Source of the DNA: Callorhinchus milii
Taxonomy: Eukaryota
Assembly: GCF_018977255.1 (NCBI RefSeq)
Contig: NW_024704742.1
Span: forward strand, 134,976,001 to 135,040,000
Direction: 5' to 3'
DNA: 64,000 nucleotides
The number at the start of each line of letters is the position of its first letter. Position 1 is the stretch's first letter. The notes beneath the pieces were generated by a model. It ran no database searches. It saw nothing but the letters and a program-made list of their open reading frames with translations, and was not told the origin of the DNA. Positions 38,670 to 51,670 of the stretch are shown here, in pieces. Both the position numbers and the translations under genes were made by a program.

Positions 38670-39180
38670 AAATAGATGAACAAAGGATGGATATACCAGT
38701 CTTGGAGGCCGTCCAGCGATGATTTACTGGCTCAATACTTGGGACGAAGGGGTTTAGCTATGGTGAGAGGCTGGGTAAACAGTTTATATTCCTCAGAGAG
38801 TAAACTGTGATTGGATTGAGGGGTACAAAATACAATACAACAGTACAAAATAATGAAGGGGATTCATGAGTCAGATAGTGGAGTGATAGCGATAGTGGAG
38901 TGCAGCCCAGCCAAATGGCAGTGGGATCAGAGGACAATTCATCACACCGAGAAATGAGATCAGAAACCATTTCTTCACATTGAGAGATGTGAGCATGTGG
39001 AAGGCTGTGCAGGCAAAATCAATTGGGATATTCAAAGAAAGGGAGCTAGATAATAGATACTTGGGGAGTAAGTGTATTAAGTGGTATGCAGAAAAAACAG
39101 GAGAAAGGGATTAAGAGATTGATCTAATAAACTGCATAGCAGGCTCCAGGGCTGAATGGTCTCCTTTTCCTATATTCCTA
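38670..39180 (+). mobile_element. Degraded CR1 3' fragment
   Basis: TTGGAGGCCGTCCAGCGATGATTTAC (LEAVQR.F) and CR1-type 3' end GGGCTGAATGGTCTCCTT..CCTATATTCCTA. Confidence 0.7.
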
Positions 39181-40421
39181 GGTAAACAGAGGCGTGTGAA
39201 GTAAGGAAACTTGCCCAAACGTTTCGCCCTGCTGGGAATCAAACCCAGCTCTTTTGGATTGTGAGGTGAGTGCTCTCTAACTGGGCTAGTGATATGGGGG
39301 GGGTGGGGGAGAGGGGGTGTGATAGGATGGTGAGAAAAAGGAAAAGATAAGTCAATCAAATCAATCGCTTAACATGTTGGGGGCGCAGCGGTGGTGGGGG
39401 TGACGATGGGGGAGAGGAGAGGGCAAAAGTCAGATCATCTCGAATGCTGCCTGGAAAATATTTTCCTGCCACGTTATTCTACTCTGATCAGTTTGCTTAT
39501 CAGTCCAGACATTCCAGGCAGGAAAATACACTGTGTCCAGTCTTTCCCTTTCATGATCGGTCAATATTGCTGCAATGCTCTCACCAATACGTTTCCAATC
39601 TGCCAGCAAATTCAAAGCTTCGTCTGATAACGACAGCATTCGAAGCAGCTGAACTGAAGCTCCCAACAGTCAGCACTTAATCCTGTTGTTGCCACGTGGC
39701 TGAAATAATTAACATGCCGTTTGAGACTGCTTGGGGGAAGGAGGGAGCAAGGGGGTATAGATTGTCGAGGAGGAAGGAGATAAGATTACATCAATTCCTT
39801 TTAGGAAAATAATATCGTGGGATACAGTATATAACAATATGTAGTTTGGGACACGACATGTGGAAGCAACTGCCAGGATGGTGGAAGGCGAACTGGATGG
39901 ATCTTAGTCTTCTTTCATCTAGCAAATTCTTATGTTCTTGTGCAAGGAGGGTAGAAAATGTTTCCTCATCAACGTTAATCCATCCGCTTAGTTTGGTGCT
40001 TTTATTTTAAAACAGCTTTATTTTTTGGAGGAAAGAAAAATGCAATTCCAATAATTTAAATACACACTGAACCATGCAAATGCAGGTTCCAAAGCTAATT
40101 TAACATTATGTATTCCATATTAATCTCTCCCCCAGGAGGGTAACAATGCTACTTATTCAGTCATTGATATTTTTTTGGAAGGAGGCGACAGCTGGGATTG
40201 TCATCTTAATAAAAGTGCCATCGAAGGCTCTTCATGAGAGGAAATGAAAATAAATACCTGTGGATTTATAGCTGTTGCACTGTCAGACCATTATTTAATG
40301 ACATGCATTTGCATTCGCTAATGCAGTAGCCTTTTTGAAATTAGCACCCATGAAGGCAACATTTTGGTGAGATCAGTAAAATACCTTCTCTCCCTCCCCC
40401 ACCTTCACTGCGGATTATATA

Positions 40422-40780
40422 TGGAGTCCTGTAGAGTATTGGTTAGAGCACTCGCCGTGCAAGCGATTCCTGGACGGGTGAAACCTTAGGCAAGTTTCCT
40501 TACTCCACACATTTCTGTTTACCTAGCAGTAAGTAGGAACCTGGTTGTTAGTCGATTGGCGGATCACATTCCAGGCCTAATAATCCGTCAAAAAAATTTG
40601 GTCACTCAATCCACGACTGTTTGTGGGACACTGCTGTGCGCAATTGGCTTCCACATTCCACCCACAAAATATACAGTCAATTCGCTTTAGAGTATATCCT
40701 GTGAAGTTCTTTGATTCATCACAACAATGTGATAAGGCGCTCTAGCAAATGCAAGATTTTATATTAGTATTATTATTATT
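40422..40780 (+). mobile_element. Full-length SINE, long subfamily
   Basis: TGGAGTCCTGTAG..TGGTTAGAGCACTCGCC head through to the (TTA)n tail. Confidence 0.88.
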
Positions 40781-43700
40781 TTTCCCTGTTTCATGTCTGT
40801 GCGTTTTTCTGAACAAGGATGATGCCTTAACACTGCGTCATCATCCTCTGAATTCCAGCCTGCAACTGAAACCTAATGGATATTAATAAAACGCATTCAC
40901 AAGGCGAAGAATGACTTGCAAATGTATCACAATGCATAATATATTGCAGAGAATTGGAGATTCGCAAGACCTTGATAATTGTGCCATGTTTTCAGAAGAT
41001 TGTTTCCGGCTGGCAGATAAGTAGTGCTTTTTAAATGTTCTTGAGTGATTTCCGATCACAAGCCAGCTGTCGCATATAAAAGCATTAAAAATAATGCTGA
41101 GCCTGCCAGATGCTGTTTTTATTAACCCTTCCAATTCAATGTCAATGGAAGCAGGAAGATTCTGGTCACTGGGTAAGTGTCTTGACGACTGAGACGCTCC
41201 TCCTTGGGCTATTCCATTGAATGCCTTAGGAATTTAGGGTCCAACTATCATTGTGAAACAGTAAAGTCAGTTTCAAATGCACTGAATCCCTGAAGAGTAT
41301 TAACTAATGGGCTGCTCAAATGCTCTATCACAAAGGAACTCTCAGTTCCACCAGTGACGACAAGCGGATCCTGGTTTAAGATTTAGCGACCCTGAGGAAT
41401 ACTGGTTGTAAAAATATTACAGCTTCACTAATCCACTCGAGTCCTGAACCTCCACCTGCTCAGGTTCTCAGCCTGTGAGACCATGTCTTAATAATAATAA
41501 TAATACTTGCATTTGATATAGCGACCTTGTCCCCATGTGAAATACTCTATACAAATGTAATTTGTTGTTGTTGTGATGCCTTATCGCGGCTTCAAAAGTT
41601 TCAAAGCGCTTCACAGAATACTGTAAAATGAATTGATTGTACATATATTTTGTAGGTGAAATGCGGCAGCCGATTGCGCATAGTAGTGTCCCACAAACAG
41701 TTGTGGATTGAGTACGAAATTATTATTATTTTTCTTTTTTCAAGGGATTATTACCCCCGCAAAAGCGATCAGCCAATTAACTAAGAACCCAATTCCTACT
41801 TACTGCTGGGTAAACAAAGGCGTGTGGAGTAAGGAAACTTGAAACTTCAAAGACTGAATCGAAAACATTTCCACAAATTTGCCCCATGTTAAATTTTACG
41901 GTGACATAGATTCATTGGTGAAGAATAGTGGAGATTTTATAACAATCCTTGCATTTGATATAGCGCATCATCATATCATTAAGACATCTCAAAACGCTTC
42001 ACAGAATATACTGTAAAGTAAGTTGACTGTGTATTTTGTGAGCAATTTTGCGCCTCTTGAGAATTCCAACAGGAATATGAAACAGGATCTTTCACACCGA
42101 TCCAAGACGTGACAAGAATCTAACTTTAAAAGATTTAAACGAGGATAATTGAAATAAAAAAATCTCTTGCGTCTGTATATTTTGCTTTCTTTTATATAAA
42201 AACCCCACTCTGCAAAAACTGCATTTTATATGAAATCTGAAAAAGTCTTAACTGCTAAAAGTGGGAGACTAACTCCAGGCTCGATTGGATCCCCCTCCTC
42301 AGAGGAATTTGAACTGAATTATTTTACATTAGTGTCTGGCATCTGATGTTAACCAGGTACGCACTAACTTGGAGAAAGTGAAGGAGAGAGAAGGAAAGAA
42401 AGAGGGAGAGAGAGAAGGAAGAAAGGAATAATAGTAATAATCCTTGCATTTGATGTAGCGCCTTATCACGTCGTTGAGATGTCTCAATGTGCTTCACAGA
42501 ATTGACTGTGTTTTTGTGGGTGAAACGTGGCAGTCAATTGCACAACAGTGTCCCACAAACAGTCGTGGATTGAGTGACAACATTTTGAAGGAAGAAAGGA
42601 TCCAGATGAGAAGGAAAGAACAAAAAAGGGATAGGGAGAAAGAACAAGAGTAATAATGAATAAGCAAAAGAATGAGAGGTAAAGAAATATCCTACTTTCC
42701 TAAATGCCAGTCAGTGGTGCATGGATTAATAGCAATGGTCACCTCTCCTCTGGTTGTCTGCCTGAAACATGTGCAGATGTGTTTCAAGTTCAGTTTGACC
42801 CCCGCTGGAAATTGAACCCAAAAACGCAGAAAATGTGCAGCTGCCATTACAGATGGCTCTAAAGCTTGATTCTAATCTTAGAATCATATTTAAAACCCAC
42901 TTACACACATTCTCCCACAAATTATACATTCGATTCTCATTACAGTATCTTCTGTGAAGCGCTTTAAGATGTCTCAATGACGTCATACATAAAGTGCAAT
43001 ATCAACCACATGGATTATTATTATTATAAATATAAATAGCAAATATTTATTAGATGTAAAAATCTATGAGCGACAGGACAAGAACAATTCAGTGGTGGGT
43101 TTCATGTTACTGACACCTTCTGACTTTCATGGAGTGGTAAAAATAATTCCTTCAAAAAAATAAAAATAATAACAAGTTGGTCACTCAAACCATAATTGTT
43201 TGTGGGACACTGCTGTGCGCAATTGGCTGCCGCAATTCGCTCACGAACATACAGTCAAAATCTCCACCATTCTTCGCCAATAAATCCACGTCACGTAAAA
43301 TTTAACATGGTGCAAATTTGTGGAAAAGTTTTCAATTCAGTATTTGAGGTTTCAAGTTTCCTTACTCCACACGCCTCTATTTACCTATCAGTAAATAGGA
43401 ACTCGGTTATTAGTCGATTGGCTGATCGCTTTTCTGGGGGTAATAAGCCCTTGAAAAAATAATAATAATAATTTGGTCACATGGTTGTTTGTGGGCCACT
43501 CTGTGTGCAATTGGCTGCTGGGATTCGCCCACAAATATACAGTCAATTCACTTTCTGACCTTTTCTTCGATATCTTACCATCATAGCCCACTCTTAAGTA
43601 GAATTGTAAATTAAGGAGTGAAATAAAAAACTTTTTGATTTATAAATGAAATAATAAGAAATTATAATCCTTGCATTTGATATAGTGCCTTATCATACCA

Positions 43701-44204
43701 TCGAGACATCTCAAAACACTTCAAAGGATATACTGTAAAGTGGATTGGCTGTGTATTTTGTGGGCGAAATGCGGGAACCAGTTGTGCACAGCAGTGTCCC
43801 ACAATAGCCATGGAGTGAATGACCAATTTATTTGGGGAATTGTTGGCCAGAACACCAGGAAAAAACTTCATTCTCCTTTCGAATAGTGCCATGGGATCTT
43901 TAACTTCTACCTGAACAGGCAGATAAGACCTCGGTTTAACGTCCCTCCGAAAGTGGAGTTGATGAGATGCCTGAGGCATCCAGTGAGGCCCATTCTATTC
44001 GGACCATTGACAATAGTTGGGCCAAACTATGAGAAGATCTTTGCTTCAGACTGCCTGGAAGCGGGCAGTGTAAACTCTGGAAATAGACAAAGAGAAGCGC
44101 CAAATCCATCCTCTTCCTTGGCACAGTCAGTCTGAGGCTAAAGCAGGAGTGGAATTGGCCTCAATTGAGGTTTCGTCCAGCCACACCTATGAAATTATCC
44201 TCTA

Positions 44205-44593
44205 AAATAATCCTTGCATTTGATACAGCACCTTATCTTGTTGAGATGTCTCAAAGCACTTCAAAAAATATATTGTAAAGTTTATTGACTGTTTACTTTG
44301 TGGGCAAAAATCAACAGCCAATTGTGCATAGCAGGGTCCCACAAAACGTCATGGATTGAGTTATCAAATTATTATTTTTTGTGGGGGATTATTGGGGGGC
44401 AGAATAGGCCTCACTGGATGCCCCCGGAAAGTGATCCGACAATCGACTAACAACAAGGTCCAAATTATTGTTGGATAAGTAGAGGCGTATGGAATAAGGA
44501 AACCATTCTAAAATTTCGCTCTGCCTGGGAATTGAACCCAGGTCCTCTCGGTTGTGAGGCGAATGTTCTAACCACTACACTACAGAACTCCAC
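44205..44593 (-). mobile_element. Full-length SINE, long subfamily, with a short internal insertion at about 44394-44420
   Basis: The consensus is continuous on both sides of the insertion. Confidence 0.85.
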
Positions 44594-47500
44594 AAGTCTA
44601 TTCCAAACCCAGATGGAATTATCATTTAAAGATGCATCCCTCTTCCTTTCACTTTCATTTCTTGACCTGATTCCCCTCCCTAGATGGATACTTGAGAAGT
44701 CAGGTTATTAAGGGATAAGGAGAAAAGGTAGGAGAATGGGATTAAGAGACTGTCAAGATCGAATCAACTGGCATCACAAGATTGACTGGCTGAATGGCCT
44801 CCTATTCCTAGGTTTCTCTCAGACCTGGAGATAGATGAGAGTTTGTGAACCAAGGCTAGACCCAAGACTTCAGTCAAGCAGTGTTAAATTTTGACATTTC
44901 GGCAGTCGGGATCAGTTTACAGACACAAGCCGAATGCAGCGCCCAGTTCCACTGAGTCTGACAGATGCTTCATGGTTTAGAAAAGGTTAAGAGACAACAA
45001 AATAACTCTGTGCCAGATGTAACCCTGAGACTCCAGAACACTCAGGACAACAACAACACATTGTATAGAGCCTTTTACATCGGGAGGATGTCCCAAAGCG
45101 ATGGACAGTCAGGAATTTGGACCCAAGCTGGAAGTTGGGATCAGGAGGGGTGGAGGGGAGGGAGGGTAGGGGCAGGAGGGTGACCGAAGGTAAGGTTGAA
45201 GAGGACAGAGGGCTTCCGGTAGTCAAATATAATTTACTTCCGTGTGTGGATGTAATTTTTTTTTTAAGAAATGACCACTTCACAAAGTGACGTGTGAAGT
45301 CGTCTCAGAGGGAACTCCATAGAGGTGTACAAGATTCTAAATGGGTTTGAGAAAGTAAACGTGGAACAATTCTTTCAGATATGCCAAGGCAGCAGAACAG
45401 GGTCAGTGTATTTGATGTTTAGGACAGGCACCAGGGAGTATTTCTTTAGACAGAAAATAATCAACAACTCGACTGGGTTACCAGCAAGAGTGGTTGAGGC
45501 CAGGACACTTGACACATTTACAAAACAGTTTGATGCTGCAATGGAGAGTTAGGTAGGATGGGTATTTTGGAAGGATGAGATCAAATGCACCAAAGCGCCG
45601 TCTTCATCCAACAACAGCAACTTACATTTATATTATACACCGCCCCTCACGCAGTATAGTGCCCCTCAGGGCTTGACAGTGGAGGAGCCTGACACTGAGC
45701 CGGGGGGGGAGCCACGGTCGAAGAGGAAGGTCTTCAGGCGCGAGCTGAAGATGGTGAAGGAGGGGGGCAAGGTGGAGGAAAGGGGCAAGGGGGCGTAGTG
45801 GGTGAAAAGAGGTCTTAAAAATGGGGCAACATCCATTCTCTTGCGTCAACAAATGACAATGGGAAAATAAGACTTGAAACTTCACACTAAAGAAAGAGAT
45901 ATATATCAGGAAAATGCACAAATATATCACCTCACGAGAGGCAAATAACTAATAATTAGAGAATTAAAGATACGTTCTTCAGAAAGAGCACCAGACACCT
46001 ATAGTCTTCATAGGAGAAAAGGTCAGATAGAAGGTCAGGGCACAGTAGAAGTACCCAAGCCGTTAAAGGATGTGACTCTTAAAGGGATGAACCCCTTTCT
46101 TTTCCTCACCAGCTGCAAGTGATTTTTTCAAGGCAAATCAACTTCTACTATTGGGAAAAACAAAACCTAGCGAGATGTATATCTCGGGAGAAAAATACAA
46201 TGTTTTATTGATAACTAATTTCACCGCTGAGATAATAGTCCTGAATGCTATCAGTTTATTAATAATCCCTCCAAACAAACATTTGGTTACTCAATCCATG
46301 TCTGTTTGTGAGACACTGCTGTGTGTAATTGGCTACTTTGTTTTGCCCACAAAATACAATCAATTCACTTCACAGTATATTCCGGTTCAGAGCCAGGCTC
46401 TGTTAAGCGCTCTGAGACGCTACTCCGTGTGGAAGGCGCTTATATAAGTGCAAATTGTTATTATTCTGTGAGGCGCTTTGAGACGTTTCAACGACGTGAT
46501 AAAGCACTATATCGAATGCAAGGCTTATTATTGCTCAAAAAAAGCGTTCTTCTGTATCCTGCTCCAACTTAGCGAAATCACTCTCCTGTACAGGACTTAA
46601 TATACACATCCTAGATGTCACAGCTATAGATACAACCCCTTTACAGAATGCTGCGTGGTGTCTCCACCCCTCTAAGCTTTGTTTTGACTGGTGTAATGAT
46701 CACCCATTACGTCTGAGTACTTCTGACGGGTAATTACACTTTATTATGGATATCTGGTGCAGTGTTAAGCATTATGGACAGGTTAAGTAACTGCCAAAAC
46801 TAATATTCAGTTGCTGCTGTAACCATTAAGGACTCATTCATCCCTACATAGGCGACTCTGATCCTACAGTGGCGGAACAAAGATCAACTCAGGAAAGCAA
46901 GTATTTCAGAAGATCCTCAAAACTTAAAAGACAAATCGACTTAGATTTGAAATCTGCTAGTAATACCAAACTATGTTTGCAAGTGCCACAGTATTAAACA
47001 ATAATAAATTGGTCATTTTCAATCTACGACTGTTTGTGGGACATTGCTGTGCGCAATTAGCAGCCGCGTTCGCCCACAAATATACAGTCAATTCACTTTA
47101 CAGTATATTCTGTGAAGCACTTTGGGACGTCCTCCCGATGTGAAAAGCGCTATATCAAATGCAAGGATTATTATTATTTATTATTAAAGAGCATCTGTTA
47201 AGATTTGGACCAATCGAACAAATGAGTGGGAATGCAGATAAGTGCATAGCAATGTGAATTGCAACAAAAACACAGCAAAGGCAAGTACAACACAATCTGT
47301 GGAGTGAAGAGGGCATTTTATTTTGATCTACAATTTTCTTCCCCTCCCATCCCCACTCTCCCTACCTCTGGAATTCCCAGATTCCTCTGCCTTGCCCCCT
47401 ACTTCCCCACTTTTAAGACCTCTCTCTTCGACAGCTACACTGAACCGCAACGACACACATCAACTCTCGGCACTCACAGGGCACCTTTGTGAAAGAATAC

Positions 47501-48057
47501 CGATGTGAAAGGCCCCACATAAATGTAAATTGTCTTTGTTGTATGGCACTCGAAGACTCAAGGACAGAACAGGTCAGTGAGAGATCTTCAAGTATTTAGA
47601 ATTAATCCATAAATCTATTAATTGAACAACTTAATTAACTATCCTGTTTTCGAGTTGTTTGGGATGATATAAGCTATGCAAATCACATAAGCACATCATC
47701 CCCATTTTCATTCAGACCCACTGGTTGCCTATTCCAGTTTTAGGATCCTCACCTTCACCTTCAAATACCTTTATGGCATTGCACTATCTGTGCCACCACC
47801 TGCAATCATACTCTCCCGGCCACTCCCTCTGCTCCGCCAATTCCGACCTGCTTCACGCTCTCCTCCGCTTTACCATCAGCAGGTGATCCTTCAACCACTT
47901 TCCTTCTCCCTCTGAAACTCCACAAATCCTTCCGCATCGACCCTTCCATCTCTGCTTTCCCTGCCTGAAGATTACGCTTCCGACCACTTCCCCTTCAATC
48001 CACTCCCAGCTCTCAAGCTCCCGCTCAGTCTTTGTAAAGCCTTTTGAGACACTTTAC

Positions 48058-48490
48058 CAACAACAACTTGCAATTATAAAGCGCCTTCCACGCAGGGTAG
48101 TGTCTCAGTGCACTTAACAGTGGCAGAGCCTGACTCTGAGCCAAGGGTGCGGGGGTGGAGGTGGCTGTAAGCACAGACAAAGAGGAAGGTTTTCAGGCGT
48201 GACTTGAAAAAGGGAAACAGAGGGCAAGGTGGAGGGATTGAGGGAAAGTGTTCCAGAGTTTCGGGGTGTAGTGGCTGAAAGCGCGACCTCTGTTGGTGGG
48301 GCGAAGGGTGCAAGGGAAGAGCAGGAGCCCGGTGCCAGTCGAACGGAGGCGCCGGGTGGTGGATTGGGGAGTGAGGGGGTCGAAGAGGTAGGGAGGTGCC
48401 GGGGAGTAAATGGATTTGAACACAAGTTTGAGGATCCTGAAGTCGATCTGTTTGGTGATGGGGAGCCAGCGGAGCTTGGTCAGAACTGGT
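48058..48490 (-). mobile_element. L2 LINE 3' fragment of a second L2 family with a different tail
   Basis: LTKLRWLPITKQIDFRILKLVFKSI...GRAFS..PKLWN. Tail GAGACACTACCCTGCGTGGAAGGCGCTTTATAATTGCAAG(TTG)n. The same tail type occurs at about 14860-14930, 15765-15830, 20070-20130, 45610-45680 and 53095-53155. Confidence 0.88.
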
Positions 48491-48737
48491 GAACTGTTCC
48501 CAACATGAAAGCCGCTATATAACAATAAATTATTGATGCTGCTGTTGATGTAACGAGAACATGCATTTATATAGGGCCCTTCTTGCAAGGTAACATCTTG
48601 GAGCACTTAAAAATCGAGTCTTATTCAGGCAAAATGAACACAAGTGAAATCTCAGCAGCACTTGGGTTACAAACTGATCCATACCGTATCTAATAGAGAC
48701 TCCAACCCCGAAGTGAAAAGAAGCCAAAGATCCTCTA

Positions 48738-49861
<1,124 letters not shown>

Positions 49862-50698
49862 AGAACATAATAAGCAGCGTCATTTTCTGGAGAGTCTCCA
49901 AACCCACGCGCCCAAAGGGTTAAATAATTTATAGTTATGTGTTTCTGTTTTAAGAGTTTAAATATCCGATCCCTAACAGCGCGTTTCATCATCAATTTTT
50001 CTCCTTTAGTGCAGCATTTGTGTTCTTTAATTTTGTAAAGACTCCTTAAACTGTGTCCAAGTGTTTCGAGATGTACTCCTGACATGAAAGGCTATACAAG
50101 TCTAAACTGTATTATAATAATACTTGCATTTGATATAGAGCTTTTCACGTCTTCTAGACGTCTCAAAGCGCTACAAAAATATACTGTGAAGTGAGTTGAC
50201 TGTATATTTGTTTGGTGAAACGCGGCAGGCGCACAGCAGTGTCCCACAAACAGTCGTGGATTGAGTAATGCTTGAGGGTTTATTATCAGGCGTGTGGAGT
50301 AAGTAAGCCCAAGGTTTCACTCTGCCGGGAATCGAATTGTACAATACAATACTCGGGAGGGTTCGCTGCATTGTACAAGAAATTTTTGCTTAAATACTGA
50401 AAGCTTACAACGCAGAGAGCTGCTCAGAAACTTGTTTAACACACAACTGAAAGAACAGAGCTGCAGAAGCGCCCTGGTTCAAGGACTGTTCAGTCCTCTT
50501 CAGTCTGTGGGCTGAGTAACTTTTCCCAGGCATTCCAACTCATTCATTCCATCACAATTTATTGTTCAAATAAAAATGTTACACACACGGACTGAAGTAG
50601 ACGAAAAAAAGAAAGATTTGTGAAAAGGTCCTTGTGGATACTTTTTTTATTAATTTAATTTCAGCCATTTATAATATTTCTCCATTTGCACTTGATAC

Positions 50699-51670
50699 TT
50701 CCACATGTATGCGGATGACACCCAACTCTATCTTTCTGCCTCCACCCTCACCTCCAGGACCACTGCTGTCCTGACAGACTGTCTGTCGGACATCAAGTCC
50801 TGGATGAGGGCAAATTTCCTACAGTTGAATGTGAACAAGACTGAGGCCCTCCTGATTGCCTCGCGCCAACCCCTCAGCACCTCAGGCTTTGGCAGCATCA
50901 ACCTCCATGGTTGCACACTACAACTCACTGCCAGTCAGGAACCTGGGTGTCTTGTTCGACCCTCAACTGTCTTTTCTTCCCCACATCCAAGCCATAACCC
51001 GCTCTGCCTTCCCTCACCTACGTAACATCGCCCGACTTCACCACTACCTCACCCCTCAGGCCGCTGAAACTCTTGTTCATGCCTTCATCACCTCCAGGCT
51101 CGACTATGCAAGCGCCCAACTTGTCAGCCTTCCCAACTCCTCCCTCCACAGGCTGCAGATAATCCAGAACTCTGCAGCCCATGTCCTCTCCCGCACCAAA
51201 CTCCGTGTCCTCCATCTTCCCCACTCTCACCCGACTCCACTGGCTCCCTATCCTTCAGAGGATCCAGTTCAAGATCCTGATCTTCACATACAAAGCCATC
51301 CATGGCCTACCCCACCCTACCTCTGTGACCTCCTAACCCCCTACCAACCCGCCCGTTCCCTCTGCACAGCCAGCTCTGGCCTGCTCCATGACCCCCGACC
51401 CACCGGCCCCACCATTGGCGGAGAACCTTCAGCCACTCTGCCCCCAGCCTCTGGAATTCCATCCCTCAGTCACTCCGCCTCGCCCCCTCCTTAGCCTCCT
51501 TCAAGTCCCACCTCAAACCTTCCTCTTCGACCATGCATTCAGCCACCCTCCTTCCCCTCCCCTCCCTTACCCCCCTACCCCAGCTCGGGTCTGAAATGCT
51601 GTACTCTGTTCAGCGCTTTGGGACGTCCTCCTGACGTGAAAGGTGCTATACAAATCTCTTAGTGTTGTTG
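50699..51670 (+). mobile_element. 5'-truncated L2 LINE, frameshifted
   Basis: Begins at [11 protein letters not shown], contains VRNLGVLFDPQLSF and RLDY, and ends in the L2 tail at 51610-51670. Confidence 0.93.
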
